Below, piece after piece: positions 60,031 to 64,000 of a DNA stretch of 64,000 bases (the first letter of the stretch is position 1; each line of letters opens with the position of its first letter). Source of the stretch: Selaginella moellendorffii (lineage: Eukaryota > Plantae > Lycopodiophyta). Position numbers and translations under genes: made by a program. The notes under the pieces were generated by a model. That model did no database searches and was not told where the DNA came from. It saw nothing but the letters and a program-made list of their open reading frames with translations. The stretch lies in assembly GCF_000143415.4 (NCBI RefSeq), contig NW_003314279.1, positions 788,662-852,661 on the forward strand, in the 5' to 3' direction.

Positions 60031-62916
60031 CCAAATAAAAATCACTTTTCTTCCTTATCAAGCTCCTCACCACCTTTCATCAAAGCCACCACCAATTCCC
60101 GCAACTTCCGTGTCCCATGTCTCCTTTCTTTCACCGGACAATCAGGACTCAAGGCTTTGGCGCTACTGGACTCGGGTGCAACTTCCTGCTTCATGGACAC
60201 GGACTTTGCTGCCCGACATCACATTCCTCTTTCTCCTACCATATGGGATCTGAGGGTTGAAGGCATCGGCGGGCATTTTGTGTCTCCATCTTCTGGACTT
60301 AGGGAAACGTTGCCCGTTCGAGTACACATCGGGTCCACCGTCACCGATATCGCCTTCAACATCATCAACAGCAAGTCTTCCTCTGTGGTGCTCGGTCTTC
60401 CTTGGTTCCAACTACATCAGCCTCAGATTTGTTGGAAGGACTTACAGCTCATCTCTCCCACATCACCATCTCCCACGGCTTCCCCTGGTGTTCATCGAGT
60501 CCGAATCAGGAAAAGTTCCCTAAACTCAAGTCGGGGTTCTGTTCCTGACCCTACGCAGTTTTCATCCTCTTCTTTTTTCTCTCTTCCATATTACACTGGA
60601 CAGTATCCTCGTCTCATCATTCCATTTAGTCGTACTCCTCCTCCTATCTCCACAATCACTATGAAAGAACTCCTTCATGAAGAACCTCTTTTTCTTTTTG
60701 CTTTGCATGTTTCTCCTGTCAGTCTTCCTGAGAAGTATCATGATTTTGGGGATGTGTTTGACAAGAAAAAAGCTAGTGTACTGCCTGTTCATCGGCCTTA
60801 TGATTGTCCCATTGATTTACAGGAAGGAGCGTCACCTCCGTGGGGGCCTATCTATGGGTTATCCCCGTCCGAGCTTAAGGCCCTCAAAGAGTACGTGGAT
60901 GAGAACCTTGCCTCGGGCTACATTCAGCATTCGCAGTCCCCGGCTGGAGCGCCTGTCTTCTTTGTCAAGAAGAAGGATGGGAGCTTGCGGCTAGTCATCG
61001 ACTACCGAGGTTTGAACAAGGTGACTGTTCGGAACCGTTATCCACTGCCCCTGATCTCGGACCTGTTGGAACGCCTCGGCGGTGCCCGCTTCTTCACCAA
61101 GATCGACCTCCGTGGAGCATACAACCTGATCCGGATCCGGCCTGGTGATGAATGGAAGACTGCGTTCCGAACCCGCTATGGCCACTTCGAGTACACTGTC
61201 ATGCCATTTGGCTTGACAAATGCTCCAGCGGTTTTCCAACACATGGCGAATGACGTTTTTCGGGAGTTTCTTGATCAGATGGTGATTGTCTACCTCGATG
61301 ACATCCTCATCTACTCAAAAACTCAGGAGGAGCATGACGAACATGTTCGCAAGGTGCTAGCGAAGCTGCGAGAACACGGCCTATACGCGAAGCTTGAGAA
61401 ATGTTCCTTTGATCAGCAGTCTGTGGAGTTCCTTGGGTACATTGTCACTCCTGAGGGTATCACGATGGATCCTGCAAAAGTCAAGACTATTCTCGAATGG
61501 GAGCCTCCACAATCAATGTCAGACGTTCAGGTTTTCCTTGGCTTCGCCAACTTCTACCGCAAATTCATTGATCACTACTCTGACATTGTCCTTCCTCTCA
61601 CACATCTCACTCGCAAGGATGTTCCCTTCTCTTGGTCTGCTGCTGCCCAGCAGGCTTTCGACACACTCAAGGCGGCCTTCAGTTCTGCTCCTGTCTTGAT
61701 CCATGCTGATTCCTCACAACCTTTCTTCATCGAGGCTGACGCCTCCGACTTTGCCATTGGTGCTGTGCTATCTCAACTCGGAGCGGATCACGAATTTCAT
61801 CCGGTCGCTTTCCATTCTCGGAAATTCCAGCCTGCGGAGATCAATTACGAAATCCACGACAAGGAGCTTCTTGCCATCGTGGATTCCTTTGGAGAGTGGC
61901 GCCGTTTCTTGGAGGGGGCGAGCCATCAAACAACAGTCTGGACGGATCACAAAAATCTTGAGTACTTTGCCACTTCCCGAGTTTTAAGCCGTCGTCAAGC
62001 AAGGTGGGCACAATTCCTGAGTCGGTTTGACTTTGTTATCAAGTACAGACCTGGAAAGTTTCAAGGCCTTCCTGATGCTCTTTCAAGGCGCTCCTATCTC
62101 AGTCTCAGGCCTGGTAATCCTGCCTTCGATCAACAGGATCAAGTTATCCTCGGTCCTGATCGGCTTCACGTTATGGCAATTTCCCTGGCCCCTCAGGACT
62201 CCTCCTTGATGGATGCAATCAGAAACGATCTTCAATCCGATGATCTCGCTAGCGACATTTTTCCCCATCTTCAGGCTGGACACCCAGTGACTCCCGACTG
62301 CCGGCGATTTGACGAGTTCGAGTTCTTAGATGGCTTATTGTACCGTGGGGAGCAGCTTTACGTTCCTGAAGGTGATGCTCGAAGGTTGATCCTGATGGCG
62401 TGCCACGATAGCCCGACTGCTGGTCACTTCGGCATTGCGAAAACCTATGAGCTAGTTGCACGGGACTTTTGGTGGCCTCACATGGACGACTACATCAAAG
62501 CTTTTGTTACCTCCTGTGACACTTGTGCCCGGAATAAGGTACCTCGCCACCTTCCTTCAGGTTTGCTTCGTTCCCTTCCGGTCCCTTCAGGTCCTTGGGA
62601 ATCCATCTCCATGGATTTCTTGAGTGATCTTCCGAGTTCTGGAGGCTTCAACAGCATTTTAGTCGTGGTGGATCGCTTCACAAAGATGGCGCACTTCTTG
62701 CCATGTACCAAGGAGTTTTCGGGCGAGGACATGGCAAAACTGGTATTCAGGGAAATTTTCCGACTTCATGGGATTCCTACAGATGTGGTTTCGGATCGGG
62801 GGCCTCAGTTCATCTCTCATTTCTGGCAACGGTTTTTGCAGTTGCTTGGAGTGAAGGCCAACCTCTCTTCGGCATATCATCCTCAAACTGATGGGCAGTC
62901 CGAGCGAACGATTTAG
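59983..62916 (+). CDS. pol: Pol (PR-RT-RNase H-partial IN) in the -1 frame, truncated by a CAG>TAG stop
   Basis: 999 aa ORF with LLDSGAT, YLDD, DASD, HHCC, DF/SDRG/QTDGQSER. Confidence 0.93.
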   Translation, partial: GKRPCPNRVGAVCLDSPNKNHFSSLSSSSPPFIKATTNSRNFRVPCLLSFTGQSGLKALALLDSGATSCFMDTDFAARHHIPLSPTIWDLRVEGIGGHFVSPSSGLRETLPVRVHIGSTVTDIAFNIINSKSSSVVLGLPWFQLHQPQICWKDLQLISPTSPSPTASPGVHRVRIRKSSLNSSRGSVPDPTQFSSSSFFSLPYYTGQYPRLIIPFSRTPPPISTITMKELLHEEPLFLFALHVSPVSLPEKYHDFGDVFDKKKASVLPVHRPYDCPIDLQEGASPPWGPIYGLSPSELKALKEYVDENLASGYIQHSQSPAGAPVFFVKKKDGSLRLVIDYRGLNKVTVRNRYPLPLISDLLERLGGARFFTKIDLRGAYNLIRIRPGDEWKTAFRTRYGHFEYTVMPFGLTNAPAVFQHMANDVFREFLDQMVIVYLDDILIYSKTQEEHDEHVRKVLAKLREHGLYAKLEKCSFDQQSVEFLGYIVTPEGITMDPAKVKTILEWEPPQSMSDVQVFLGFANFYRKFIDHYSDIVLPLTHLTRKDVPFSWSAAAQQAFDTLKAAFSSAPVLIHADSSQPFFIEADASDFAIGAVLSQLGADHEFHPVAFHSRKFQPAEINYEIHDKELLAIVDSFGEWRRFLEGASHQTTVWTDHKNLEYFATSRVLSRRQARWAQFLSRFDFVIKYRPGKFQGLPDALSRRSYLSLRPGNPAFDQQDQVILGPDRLHVMAISLAPQDSSLMDAIRNDLQSDDLASDIFPHLQAGHPVTPDCRRFDEFEFLDGLLYRGEQLYVPEGDARRLILMACHDSPTAGHFGIAKTYELVARDFWWPHMDDYIKAFVTSCDTCARNKVPRHLPSGLLRSLPVPSGPWESISMDFLSDLPSSGGFNSILVVVDRFTKMAHFLPCTKEFSGEDMAKLVFREIFRLHGIPTDVVSDRGPQFISHFWQRFLQLLGVKANLSSAYHPQTDGQSERTI

Positions 62917-63200
62917 ACATTGAAACAATTCTTGAGGTGCTTCATCAACTATCATCAGGATAACTGGTTCGATATCCTTCCCGATTCCTGAGTCTCGAGC
63001 CACATTCCTGATGATGATGTGGCGCCTCCTCAACCTCAGCTGTATTTAGGCTGTCCTCGATCCAAGAGTGGTGGAGCTTCATCAACCTATAGTATATATA
63101 GGTTAGCCTTGTTCCATTTCTCCACAATCTGAATCAACACCAGTCTAAGGCCTCTTCTTTGTTTTCACTAGCTTTTTCTCTTTGTCTTTAGCATTTTCCA

Positions 63201-63485
63201 GTGCAGCTTGAGGATGGGTCTGAGTACGAGGTTCAGGACATCCTTGATTCCAAGATTTCACGATCTAAACTCTACTATCTGGTGGACTGGAAGGGTTACG
63301 GACCTGAGGAACGCACTTGGGAACCTGCGGACAACCTGATTCATTCTCCTGACCTTGTTCAGGACTTCCACCGCCGCTATCCTTCTCGTCCCAGTCCTCA
63401 TTCTTTTTCTCCATCTCCCATCCCTCGCCGCTCATCTCATCCTCCTCTTCGTTCTCGTTCACATCCTCGTTCCACTCGTTCTTGA
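63201..63485 (+). pseudogene. Detached integrase C-terminal chromodomain of C2
   Basis: EYEVQDILDSK...[18 protein letters not shown]. Confidence 0.92.
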
Positions 63486-64000
63486 GGAGGGGGTGCTGTC
63501 AGGAATCCCCCAATTCTTGCCACATTCCTGACTCTCACCGGATTCCTGACCTGCAGACCACATTCTTGACTCTCGAGACACTTCTCTATTCCTGACTCTC
63601 GAGACACTTCCCTATTCCTGACTCTCGAGACACTTCCCGATTCCTGAGTCTCGAGCCACATTCCTGATGATGATGTGGCGCCTCCTCGACCTCAGCTGTA
63701 TTTAGGCTGTCCTCGATCCAAGAGTGGTGGAGCTTCATCAACCTATAGTATATATAGGTTAGCCTTGTTCCATTTCTCCACAATCTGAATCAACACCAGA
63801 CTAACGCCTCCTCTGAGATGTCCCGAGCCTTGTAAGTATGGAATTAATCTTTTCCGGGCTAGATCACTGCAGGCACTTCTTCCGTTCTCGTCTTTTTGTC
63901 ACTCTTCCGTGAGAGGAATCACTCTAATGCTACGATGGTTCGCTACATGAGCTGACCTTTTGTGTTCACCACGTTTAGGCTGGAATTTTTGAACTTGCAT

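Larger units (their letters stand above)
58851..63814 (+). mobile_element. Family C copy C2, rearranged: fold-back 5' end, LTR piece inside the integrase, 3' LTR from 63497 diverging after ~63800
   Basis: Closely similar to C1 over gag-pol; PPT before 63497. Confidence 0.92.

Noticed and set aside
63790-63860. TCAAC as the C2 TSD with copia resuming (CPEPCKYG resembles CxxC..G)
   Set aside because: TCAAC is native LTR sequence and LTR similarity continues ~20 bp beyond it; the downstream copia motifs are unconvincing.

Overview
Eukaryotic, almost certainly plant heterochromatin (plant-type tRNA-iMet primer sites; the Tcn1-like chromoviruses would fit a non-seed plant, but the host cannot be named from sequence). 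More than 90% of the window is a nest of LTR retrotransposons from six families, with insertion order recoverable from target-site duplications (TSDs). Family A (three full copies plus a relic) has ~1.8 kb LTRs containing a satellite. Family B (four or more copies) has ~1.15 kb LTRs. Neither A nor B has any long ORF, yet each has a copy with near-identical LTRs. By eye, their internal regions and their LTRs appear to be decayed Ty3/gypsy pol sequence, and the two LTR types share one ~70 bp block. Family C (two copies) is a Tcn1/Tf1-like chromovirus with a self-priming PBS and a -1 frameshift signal. There are also older gypsy (D, E) and copia (F) relics. The only host-like DNA is a ~2 kb very AT-rich island (about 31.05-33.05 kb). 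It carries an intact, intronless, secreted GNA/bulb-type lectin gene and a convergent secreted-protein pseudogene. Two 100-N scaffold gaps lie inside LTRs. All alignments were done by eye; no searches were run.
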